Shown: positions 36,904 to 46,200 of the stretch, piece by piece | Layout: the number at the start of each line of letters is the position of its first letter | How positions within the stretch are numbered: position 1 is the stretch's first letter | DNA from: a virus | Lineage: Duplodnaviria > Caudoviricetes | Direction: 5' to 3' (one strand) | Length of the DNA: 64,000 bases | Virus record (IMG/VR): IMGVR_UViG_3300021978_000001 | Coordinates: 224,001-288,000 of that record | Made by a program: the position numbers and the translations under genes | The notes under the pieces: generated by a model | The model's database searches: none | Seen by the model: only the letters and a program-made list of their open reading frames with translations | What the model was told of the DNA's origin: nothing

Positions 36904-38117
36904 GCTGCACCTGCCTTCATACTACGCTCACAGGTGGGACACACGCCTGCCTCATGCAAGAGATCGTGCAGTTCGGTATCGAGGCGCTCGATACGTTCAT
37001 CGAGGTCTGTCCGCGCATCCTGACAAGACTTCATGCATGACAGGGCGCGAGTCAAACGCTGTTGAAACCCCGAAAGCATCGCCACCTCTTCTTGCAAGGT
37101 TTCAACCGAGAGTACAGGCACTTCGAGCGTTTCCACCCCCTGGTAGGCTTTCACGAGTTGAAGCGAACGACGAGCGCGCGCGAAAAGCGACTGGGCATGA
37201 GCATACTCGGATAACATCTCCTGGAGCTTATCCTCTCCTGCGGGAGCCACCACATCAGCAACCCCCTGAAGAGCCTCCACGCGCCTCGTACAACGATCGC
37301 GCTCCTGAATAAGGGTCTCCAATCGCCTGATCTCCCCGAGCGCCTCTGTGTAGCTTTCCAGGGGCTCAGGCGAAGGGACTTCGATGTCTGCCACACCATC
37401 ATAGCGCGACACCACCTGGTGATGCCTGTTGTAGTTATCGACCAATCGCTCGACCGATACAATCTCACGCTCCAGGGAGAGCGCTTTACTCCAACGGTCC
37501 CGTACTTCCTGATACTGTCTCATATCTTCTTCGTAGGTCTCAAAGACTGCTTTCTTGGCTTGAACATCCGCGAGGTCTTTCGTGCGCACCTTTTTCGTCG
37601 CCTTGGCAGAGCGACGATCGGAGTCACACGACCGAAGCGCATCCTGCACCGTGGTAAGCCGTTCCACATCCGAGATGGCTTCCGCAGCAACAGAACCCTG
37701 CGCATCTAACAGGAATAGGGGATCGAATTGATCCGCCACCTGTACCGAGAGCTTCTGATCACGACCGACTTCCAGAGGGAAAAACCCCGCCTGCGCCACA
37801 TGCTCGGGGGCTCCGCGACCCACGCTCCGAAGTTCCTCCCCGTTGACATCGTAATCGTTGTAGCTGCCGCCCTTGCGCCAGGTAAGATCTAACGCCCCAC
37901 GTCCCTGGGAAGCAGGAACCTCAAGATGCACCTCGCAATGAGTAATGTCGTCACCTTCGCGCACAAAGGTATCGCCCTCCAGATTTCCCAGGGCGCCTGA
38001 CACCGCGCGAATCACCGCTGACTTCCCGATGTTGGACTTTCCTACCAGGACCGTGAGCCCCTCGATCTCCAACTCCGCGTGTGCGATGGATTGAAAGTTT
38101 GTGATCTCGACCTTCAT
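36900..38117 (-). CDS. Rad50/SbcC-like ABC ATPase, N-terminal half ending in zinc hook
   Basis: 'EITNFQSI', Walker A 'GKSNIGKS', Q-loop 'DQFDP', coiled coil, terminal 'CPTC'. Confidence 0.88.
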   Translation of the reverse strand: MKVEITNFQSIAHAELEIEGLTVLVGKSNIGKSAVIRAVSGALGNLEGDTFVREGDDITHCEVHLEVPASQGRGALDLTWRKGGSYNDYDVNGEELRSVGRGAPEHVAQAGFFPLEVGRDQKLSVQVADQFDPLFLLDAQGSVAAEAISDVERLTTVQDALRSCDSDRRSAKATKKVRTKDLADVQAKKAVFETYEEDMRQYQEVRDRWSKALSLEREIVSVERLVDNYNRHHQVVSRYDGVADIEVPSPEPLESYTEALGEIRRLETLIQERDRCTRRVEALQGVADVVAPAGEDKLQEMLSEYAHAQSLFARARRSLQLVKAYQGVETLEVPVLSVETLQEEVAMLSGFQQRLTRALSCMKSCQDARTDLDERIERLDTELHDLLHEAGVCPTCERSMKAGAA

Positions 38118-38153
38118 ACCTTAACCCTCACGTACTTCGTATTCATACGACAC

Positions 38154-38177
38154 GAGGCGGGACATCGCCCGCCTCGA
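38154..38177. other. GC-rich hairpin between recA and Rad50-N
   Basis: CGAGGCGGG-N6-CCCGCCTCG, no U-tract. Confidence 0.5.
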
Positions 38178-38206
38178 TCAAGCGCCTCGCTTCACACAAG
38201 CAGCGC

Positions 38207-39370
38207 TCACTCGTCGTCTTCGTAATCGTCTTCGTAGTCTTCCCCGTACTCCTCGTCCAACTCCTCGAAATCAGCGTCTTCCATCGTGAGCCCCTCGGAA
38301 CCCGTTTCGTTCCTGAGCTGCATCAAGAGGTGGTAGTAGTGCTCCTCGTTCTCGACCAAGTACGTGCGCAGCGCTTCCTTGCCCTGGTGCGATTGCTCTT
38401 CTCCCGAGGCGTCCACGAACTTGTACCATGCGCCAGACTTTTTGATGATCTTGCGCGCCTCACAGATGTCCATGATCGAACGCACCGAGTCGATACCTTC
38501 ACCGAAACGAATCACCATATCGGCGCTGTGATTGAAGTGCGAAGACACCTTGGTCTTGGTGATGGTTGCGCGCGTGATCCTCGCGACGGCCTGCTTCTCC
38601 TTTTTACGCGTCAGGTCATTCACAAACCCCGTGTCATACTCGTATCGCAAGGGCTTGAGGCTAATGCGCAGCGAAGAGTAGAACTTGAGCGCGACACCAC
38701 CCGAGGTATCTTCGTTGGGGCCTGGATCATACTTACTGGTCTTGATGCGGCTGCGAAGCTGGTTGAGGTAGATGATCGACGTGCCCGTGCGCTTGAGCAC
38801 AGGCACCAGACGACGCAAGAAGTTGGACTGCAAGCGCGCGAGCAGACCAATCTGTCCCGACTCGGACATCTGCCTCTCGTGGAGGTTCTCGGGGACCATG
38901 GCGCTCACCGAATCGACGATGATCAAATCGACCCCGGCTTCTGCGAGCGCGGAGATGATCTCAGCACCCTCCTCCCAGGTGGCGGGCATGTAGAGGTCCC
39001 ACTTATCCTCTGAGTAGTCGATCCCAAGGTTCTGCGCGTAAGCGTAATCGAGCGCGTTCTCATAGTCGAGGAAGCAGACCGTGCCTCCCGCCAACTGAGC
39101 CTGCACCGCGACTTCCAGGGCCACCGTGGTCTTACCCGAGGAGTACGGACCATAAATCTCGATGATACGACCCTTGGGGATACCAGGACACTGACGCTCC
39201 CCTCCATTGACGCGGTTACCCCCGATGAGGTGATCGAGGATAGGTGAACCCGTCGAGATACAATCATGCACCGGGGCCTTGGTAGGGTCCAGGACATGGC
39301 GGTTGTTCTTCATATCGACGGCCTTGTTTTTCTTCAGGGCCGCGCGTGCCTTTTCAAGCGTGCTGCTCAT
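38207..39370 (-). CDS. recA: RecA recombinase
   Basis: 'ISTGS..LD..IGG', Walker A 'GPYSSGKTT', 'IIVDSVSAM', 'NQLRSRI', 'TSGGVALKFYSSLRI', 'KKSGAWY'. Confidence 0.95.
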   Translation of the reverse strand: MSSTLEKARAALKKNKAVDMKNNRHVLDPTKAPVHDCISTGSPILDHLIGGNRVNGGERQCPGIPKGRIIEIYGPYSSGKTTVALEVAVQAQLAGGTVCFLDYENALDYAYAQNLGIDYSEDKWDLYMPATWEEGAEIISALAEAGVDLIIVDSVSAMVPENLHERQMSESGQIGLLARLQSNFLRRLVPVLKRTGTSIIYLNQLRSRIKTSKYDPGPNEDTSGGVALKFYSSLRISLKPLRYEYDTGFVNDLTRKKEKQAVARITRATITKTKVSSHFNHSADMVIRFGEGIDSVRSIMDICEARKIIKKSGAWYKFVDASGEEQSHQGKEALRTYLVENEEHYYHLLMQLRNETGSEGLTMEDADFEELDEEYGEDYEDDYEDDE

Positions 39371-40105
39371 TCAGTGCTCCTGTTCGTCCGATTCGTCGGC
39401 TTCGTTGTTTTCGTCGTTGTTTTCGTCAGCGTTCTCGTAGAGCGAATCATACTGCGCAGAGGGATAATCAATGTACTTGCCGTCTTCGCCTTCATTGAAG
39501 ATGTACCCCTCGAAGCGTTCCTTGCCCGTCTTACGTGACACGGTGTTCTTGGTGTACATGTCCTGCTCGTAATCCAGGAGATCGTCCTCCGAGATGTGCC
39601 CACGGATAAGTAGCGCGAAGCGTGAGGCCATAAAGCCACAGATGCCTGCATCAGCCACATTGTTGTTGAAACGGCCTTCGTAATCGAAGATCTCCAGGAA
39701 GAGGTCCTTCATGTCTTGCTTGGACATCTTCCCCTTCTCACCCAGGCGGCGCCTGGCATAGGCTTTGAGTTGGGAAGGCAGGTACAACACAAAAGGAAGC
39801 CTCGCATCCAGCAAGACTTCCCAAATATCCATATACAGAGCATACAAGCCCAGCGAATAACTGGCGCTGAAAGGAGGGTGTTCGATGCCCACGAAGTCTA
39901 TCCCAGTACCCTCGTGGTGTTCGGCTTGAATGAGCGCAGCGAGGCTTTCTCGCAGACTCTTGTAACGCCATGGCATCGGGGTTCGCTTGTTGGTCTTGAA
40001 GGTACCGTGCTTCAAATGAGTAGCGCGATCCCCATCACCCTCGATCGTATCGAGGAGTACCCAACCAAATCCCGTCAATGACGGGTCCAAACCCAGAATA
40101 CGCAT
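39371..40105 (-). CDS. RuvC-like Holliday junction resolvase
   Basis: 'MRILGLDPSLTGFGW', 'IEHP', 'NNVADA'. Confidence 0.8.
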   Translation of the reverse strand: MRILGLDPSLTGFGWVLLDTIEGDGDRATHLKHGTFKTNKRTPMPWRYKSLRESLAALIQAEHHEGTGIDFVGIEHPPFSASYSLGLYALYMDIWEVLLDARLPFVLYLPSQLKAYARRRLGEKGKMSKQDMKDLFLEIFDYEGRFNNNVADAGICGFMASRFALLIRGHISEDDLLDYEQDMYTKNTVSRKTGKERFEGYIFNEGEDGKYIDYPSAQYDSLYENADENNDENNEADESDEQEH

Positions 40106-40227
40106 GCCATTCTCCCTACCTTATCGTAACCGTAGTCGAATACGGCGCTGGGCTCACAAGAGAACGCTTGCAAGGCCAGCGCCGGGCTCGACCGCCCGGA
40201 GTTGTGATCAAAGACCACAGAGTCTCA

Positions 40228-40893
40228 TCAACCCAACGTGCTCATGAGCCCGTCAAAGTCGAGGTCATCATCATCCGAGGATACAACCTCGACAGGCTGA
40301 CCCATGGCCGCCTTGATCTCGTCGATCGAGACTTCGCGAGCCAGGTTGATGTCACCGTGATCAGCGACCGCCTTCAAGACCGCTGCGCGCATGTCAGGGT
40401 CGCGACGCCACAGAGCTTCACCCGAGCATGCAGTGAACGTGAGCTTCTGATACTGCTCGCCGTTGCAGTTCACCTTCAGGTCATGCATGGTGAGAGGGAA
40501 CTCTTCGTTGATGGCCGCGAGGTCCTCGAACTTCGAGGAACCGAACTGCCACTCCATGATCTCGTATTCGAGAGGAGGCTGGGGCTTCCCGCTGCGGTCC
40601 GTGCGGTACTTGAGCACGTAGGTCCCGAGACGAATCTTGGGAGCGCCGAACTTCTGGGTCGTGTACTCACCCTGGGGCTTGATGTACCCGAGCCCGGGGG
40701 CGTAGTGGCAACGAACCTTCGCGAACTTGGGAGTGGCATTTTCTCCCAACTCGTACTCGCCGGTCTCAGGGTTCTTGTAAAACCAGATGAGCGCGATGCG
40801 GTCCGTCTGGTTTTCCTTGCCCTTGTAGCGCTCAAGGCGTCCGTTGTTGAGGACTTCCTTATCGCCGCGACCAAATCCAATGAAATCTGACAT
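40228..40893 (-). CDS. Putative single-stranded DNA-binding protein
   Basis: 221 aa, aromatic/beta-rich core, acidic tail 'SSDDDDLDFD'; next to resolvase and recA. Confidence 0.65.
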   Translation of the reverse strand: MSDFIGFGRGDKEVLNNGRLERYKGKENQTDRIALIWFYKNPETGEYELGENATPKFAKVRCHYAPGLGYIKPQGEYTTQKFGAPKIRLGTYVLKYRTDRSGKPQPPLEYEIMEWQFGSSKFEDLAAINEEFPLTMHDLKVNCNGEQYQKLTFTACSGEALWRRDPDMRAAVLKAVADHGDINLAREVSIDEIKAAMGQPVEVVSSDDDDLDFDGLMSTLG

Positions 40894-40914
40894 AGTACGT
40901 CTCCTTTTGAGAAC

Positions 40915-41035
40915 GTGGGTGAGCTGGAGGCATAAGGACCTCTCGTCTGGATGCGGTCCGGCTCACAGTTTGTTGATCCCCATACGCCTAATGCGTGAGA
41001 TGGGGCGAAACGCCACCGAGGTCCTCCGGTGGTAG
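40915..41035 (-). ncRNA. Candidate structured cis-regulatory RNA in the SSB 5' leader
   Basis: Five stems readable by eye plus an 8-bp alternative pairing (see findings). Confidence 0.45.
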
Positions 41036-41159
41036 AGGTACACTTTTATTTAACTTCTTCGACTTACAAAACCTGCTCATCCCTGCATGGTTGCTTGTGA
41101 TCCAGGGGCTATAGCCTTATGTGATCTGAACAACCTTACAGTGTGATCTTGAGCTGTGA

Positions 41160-41402
41160 TCACTCGTCCTCGCATGCCTCACAAGACATGGGCGTGGGCA
41201 TCTGCGAGGTGATCTCTTGCGTGGCAGCCTCGCCCTTACTGACGCTCAGAAGCTCTGCGCGGATAGCCTTGGCGTGGTCTTTCGACAATGCCTGAAGCGC
41301 TTTCCTCGCACGAACAGCCGCCGCCTTGTTGCCTGCATAGCCTTTGATGATGTCATCTTCAGCAGCTCGCAATTCCGTGATCATTTTTTCGTAAGAGTTC
41401 AT
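41160..41402 (-). CDS. Histone H1-like (Hc1-family) small DNA-binding protein
   Basis: 'AEDDIIKGYAGNKAAAVRARKALQAL' matches the bacterial Hc1-like GNKAA..R.RK..Q motif; RBS AAGGAG. Confidence 0.75.
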   Translation of the reverse strand: MNSYEKMITELRAAEDDIIKGYAGNKAAAVRARKALQALSKDHAKAIRAELLSVSKGEAATQEITSQMPTPMSCEACEDE

Positions 41403-41474
41403 GGGGTCTCCTTAGCGGATAACCTGCACCCCCGAAGGGTATACCGTATTGAAAGGGACCTCGTAAAAAGTACC

Positions 41475-41503
41475 TTGACATACCGTAGAGGGCAGGTTAC
41501 CAT
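41475..41503 (+). promoter_or_regulatory. Sigma70-like promoter on the antisense (+) strand
   Basis: TTGACA (41475-41480), 17-bp spacer, TACCAT (41498-41503). Confidence 0.5.
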
Positions 41504-41562
41504 AAAGTGTGATCTGGGGTTTCTTCCACAGACCGGGTTCGATGGTACAAGTAACTTCAGGT

Positions 41563-42516
41563 TCAACTCAAGTCACGTAGTACCTGGGCAAAATCCATAT
41601 CAGTGATCTGACTCGCTCGGAACAGTTCTTCCTCGGGGTCAAGGTCGTCCCTCTTCGGTTCAATCGAAGAGGTGGGTACGGTCGATACTTGAGTGCGACG
41701 TGACCGCATAGCGATCCCACCATCACTTGTATCATCCTCACCCTGGAATGTCAACGTATCTTGCGAAGAATCAACCTCACCAGTGGTCGTATCACGATCA
41801 CTTTGATCAGGTGCTTGACCAGAAGGGACATTAGAAGACTCGGGGAAAAGTGCGGCGAGGTCAAGGTCATCTTCCTCTTTTTTGCGAGCCGCTTTCTTCT
41901 GCGCCTCGATCACCTCGAAAGGCGTCTGTGTTTCCGACTTCGCGTTCTCCTGAGAGAGCGCCTCTACCAGCGATTCAGGCTCGGGGAAGACATCATCCCC
42001 CTTGTGGTGCTTGACAGGCTTATCCGAAATGTCATCGCCCCACTGGTTGCCCGTCTCGATCTCCGCCTTGATCAAGTCACGCTGCAAGCGAATGGCAGAC
42101 ATGACCTCGCGAAGCTCGCGACACTTGTCATCAATGACGAGCAACACCGCCTTGGCGTCTTGAAGCTGGTTATCGAGCAGGTTAATGGCCGCCTGATCCT
42201 CACGCAAGCGATAATCTGCGGCAGCTTCCCGGTCCACCCGAGAGAGGTTACGCATGGCGATGATGTCTTCATCATTGGCGAGGAGGTCATTACGGTTGAG
42301 ATCGTACTCCGCTTGAGCAACGCGCAGTTGCGCTGACACCTGACGAATGTAGCGCTGGCATTCACGTTGGTACTTCTGCGCCTCGTTGGTGTAGTTGCGA
42401 CACAGGCCCACCTTGTTGTTGAGCCATGCCGGACCCATGGACAAGGGGTCCTCGTCCAGGTCAATGCGCATATCTTCGAGGCGCGCAAACACCTCGTCGA
42501 TTCGGGAATCGTTCAT
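41563..42516 (-). CDS. Hypothetical coiled-coil protein with acidic tail
   Basis: 317 aa ORF with RBS GAGGTG. Confidence 0.7.
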   Translation of the reverse strand: MNDSRIDEVFARLEDMRIDLDEDPLSMGPAWLNNKVGLCRNYTNEAQKYQRECQRYIRQVSAQLRVAQAEYDLNRNDLLANDEDIIAMRNLSRVDREAAADYRLREDQAAINLLDNQLQDAKAVLLVIDDKCRELREVMSAIRLQRDLIKAEIETGNQWGDDISDKPVKHHKGDDVFPEPESLVEALSQENAKSETQTPFEVIEAQKKAARKKEEDDLDLAALFPESSNVPSGQAPDQSDRDTTTGEVDSSQDTLTFQGEDDTSDGGIAMRSRRTQVSTVPTSSIEPKRDDLDPEEELFRASQITDMDFAQVLRDLS

Positions 42517-42595
42517 ACATCACCTCTTCGTCTGTAATCGTTGGGGTCCGCGAAGGACCGCGTAACCATGAGAGTAAGCCAACCAGATCACAGAG

Positions 42596-43234
42596 TCAAG
42601 TAATACCGAGCTGACGGTGCCATTTTGCCAGATGAACCGCATACCGCACGCTCGCAGCCCGGTCATCGAGGTCCTTCCTGGTGGACCCATCATAATCCAA
42701 CGCTCGCCGGAGCAACTCGTGAATTGGCAAGCGCACCTTGAACACAGGCAACAGGCAACGCTCGCTAATCGTAAGCAAAGCCGCCCAACGATGGTGACCA
42801 TCGAGGATGTAGTTCTCACCCGAGACAATCACAGGGGTCTCGATAAGGAAAGCGCCCTCACCTTTGCGTGCGCTATCCACCATCCCCTGGACCTTCTCCG
42901 CATTCAACTCACCCTGCGTCGCGCGAAGATTTCCAACAGGCATCACACCTGTGGTCACGCGAATACCCTCTTCGAGCAACGTCCCGAGGAAACCCGGGAT
43001 TTGATCCGCTTCGAGTTGCGGCATCTTATCACGCGAAAGGCCAAGGTTGTGCTGACACAGCCCCGTCTCATCACACCAGTTCTGTGCTGCGAGCTTTCGA
43101 GCCAAAGCAGCGACGCGATGCCTGGACCCCTGAAGGCGCAAACCAGCAACCTCCGGGGTAGCCAGGTCTTGCCGCGCTCGTTCAATCTGTGCATGAAGAT
43201 ATGACATCGACGCCTCCATAAGTGAATGTCCCAT
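42596..43234 (-). CDS. ParB/Srx-like domain protein
   Basis: 'LRATQGEL', 'PVIVSGENYILDGHHRWAA'. Confidence 0.75.
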   Translation of the reverse strand: MGHSLMEASMSYLHAQIERARQDLATPEVAGLRLQGSRHRVAALARKLAAQNWCDETGLCQHNLGLSRDKMPQLEADQIPGFLGTLLEEGIRVTTGVMPVGNLRATQGELNAEKVQGMVDSARKGEGAFLIETPVIVSGENYILDGHHRWAALLTISERCLLPVFKVRLPIHELLRRALDYDGSTRKDLDDRAASVRYAVHLAKWHRQLGIT

Positions 43235-43254
43235 AGAGGCAACGCATCAACGCA

Positions 43255-46200
43255 TTAATCATCACCCTCATCCATCAGGAGAGCGCGCACACGTTGGTCG
43301 AAGTGCGTATTACGACGTGTCACCTCGTTGTTGTGGACCGCGCGCTCCACTGCGCCCCACTCGCCCAACATGATCACCTTACTCTTGGCGCGCGTAATTG
43401 CCGTGTAGAACAAGTTGCGCTGAAGTTGAAAACCGTAAGAAGGCACGAAAGGCAAAATCACGTAGTCGAACTCAGACCCTTGCGAGTTCCAACCCGAACA
43501 TCCGTTCTGCAAGAAGCGATGACCATCAGGTACCTCCACACACATGGGAGTAAACCTGACCGGCTCCAAAGCCTCCACCCGAACGTGAAGCCAGGCAAGG
43601 CGCTCGATCAACCAGGGAGGTGCCTCGTCTCCCAGGACGGAGACCAGATTCTCTACCACCCCACGAGACCAATATCCTCGTTGCTTGCCATTCCCGCGCA
43701 TGCTTGCAGAGGAGAACGCCGAACGGTGATGTGCCCAAAGCCACTCCACTTCATCTGCGGAGATTGGCACCACCACCCGACGCGTTGCAGGCCATTCTAC
43801 ATTAGCCAGGCGCGCTCGTTTGAACTCAGAGGGAAAAGACACCTGCTGCGCGAACTGCTGACACGCCTCGCTATAGAGGTACAATGCGGGAAGGCGATCG
43901 GGATAATCTTTTCGCGAGGACGCCATACCCATCCGAAGTAGCATCGTCTGCACTGTATCCAACATGCGAGCGTTCTTCTGAGTCAGACAGATATGATCGA
44001 ACACACCTTCCTTGAGGTGAACAGAAGCATCCGCGAACAAACCTCGCAAAAAGGCTTGTTGGACCTGCAATGAAGACTGAAGGACGCAAGGCGGGATGTC
44101 TTTGCTATGGGGCGCCAAACCCCCCAACGACCGCAACCAGCGCGAAAGAAACGTGGAGCTTACCTCCCATCCCTTGGTCCCATGAGTCTCGATCTCGACC
44201 GGATCGACGCCGAAGAACTCACGCATCAACTCCGAAGACCTTTCGACCACATCATCATGCCGCTTGACCAAGCGCACACCTCGATCATGCACACAACCAT
44301 CCGCGACAAGAAGCCCCAACAACTCCCCGAAAGACTTGCTCATCTGAGAAGGCGTTGAATACACACGCTCACGCACATCACCCGCATCAGGCTCAGGCAG
44401 GCCCGCTTCATACTGAGGAGACACAACCTCCCCCAAGCGATAACGCAAGAAATCACCTTTACGAATATCCGATGCTTCTTTTCTCGCGTAAGCCGTCCCG
44501 TCCCATACATCCAAGCCATGCTCGGGGGTCACTGTAACGTGGTAACCCCCCTCGGACACCACACGAAACCCTTCCCGTTCGGGGAGTTCAATCTTATTGC
44601 AATACTCCTTCACCCCTTCGGGCGTCGCAATCATGCCTACGCGCGGGATGTCCGCAATCTGCATGAGGCCATGGGGCGTTTCAACCCAGGTATCAGGAGA
44701 TACGCATTTGTGAATTGTTATGCAAAAAGCCAACTTGAGCATCTTGTGCGTTTCTTTATATCCGATAGGAATCACCTTCGTGTGGCGATCTCGGATGCGC
44801 ACCTTCACCTCCTTGTTCGAGGTGTCGATGTCTACGATAGTGCCTTGTTCGCCATTATACACACCAAGATCGTAATCGTTCGCCATCACGATCACACGAT
44901 CCCCCACACGCCACGACACCCCACGCCCGACCGACACAGCTTTCTGCCCCTTGTCAGGATTGAGCACGTTGCGGATCTCCTCGTTGAGCGAAGTTACACC
45001 GAGAGTACCCGCCCATCTCGGAGACAAGACCTGAAAAGTCACGCCACGGTCCGCCTTCTCCTGGATACGCTGCACCAGGGTCTTGATATGCTCGACCACC
45101 TTACGCTCAGACGCCACAGACACGAACTGAAAGTCCTTGTAGCCTCGTCGTGGCTCCTGGCCCTGGTTGATGCTATGCGCGGCGAGTACAATCCCAGACG
45201 CCTCCTCCTGGCGGAAGATCTGCGTCAGATTCACCCTGGGGATCACCTGCGATCGAATCATATCATGCAACACGTTCCCTGCGCCAACACTGGGGAGCTG
45301 CGCGTGATCACCGACACACACGAGCACTGCGCCTTCTTTGAGCGAACCGAGTAAGTGGTACAGCAAGCTCTGATCGACCATCGAAAACTCATCCACGAGC
45401 ACCGCGTCCGCTTGTAGCGGATTGTTCGGGCCATGCATCCACTCCGTACCCCGGTATCCCAGCGCACGGTGAATCGTTGAAGCCGAGTGCCCCACCACAC
45501 TGGAGAGGCGTTTGGCCGCGATTCCCGTAGGAGACATCAGCTCCACGCGCAAGTTCTGCTCCTTGAATAGCTTGACGATAGCCTTGGAAATTGTAGTGTT
45601 GTGACTGATAAAACCTCCCGACAGAAACTCATGATCGCCAGGTACATGAAAATCATACACCTGACCTTGACCGCGCTCACATGAGGCCACCTTATCGTAG
45701 AAGAATTTCGGATCTGCGAACGCCTGAAGCTCGGCATAAACCGGCAAGTCTTCATGGCCAAACGACAACAACCTATCCAACAAGGCCCGAGAGGGTTGAC
45801 GGCGGCCCGTAGCACTACGGTAGAACAGATTGTAATCTCTACCCTTGGAAGGGCGCACTGCTTGCATGTACCGCTTCAATACAGGAGCGATGCCATAAAG
45901 AAGATGCATATTGGTGTTCGAGTCCAACGAACGCTCAGGTAACGACGTGAAGTGGAAACCTACCTCGTCACGAAAGCGATCATAATCCTCCCCCGAGATA
46001 AACAAGCGCCAAGAGCCTCCCGAGCGGGGATGACACGTCGCCACGATGCCCAGGGAGAGGAGAAGCATCTGCACCTGACGCACAAGGGTTTCCGACATCG
46101 AACCGTACTCGATAGTGTACCTATCTTCTGACACCGCACCATCGCCCTCAAAAAGCGCAGAAAGAAAGGCACACACACTCGACCTGGACGAACGAAGAAT

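Noticed and set aside
40966-41036. Hammerhead ribozyme on the + strand (stem, CGAAAC, stem, GTA)
   Set aside because: Core reads TTGTTGA rather than CTGANGA, the G10.1-C11.1 pair is missing, no stem I found, and it is antisense to the transcript
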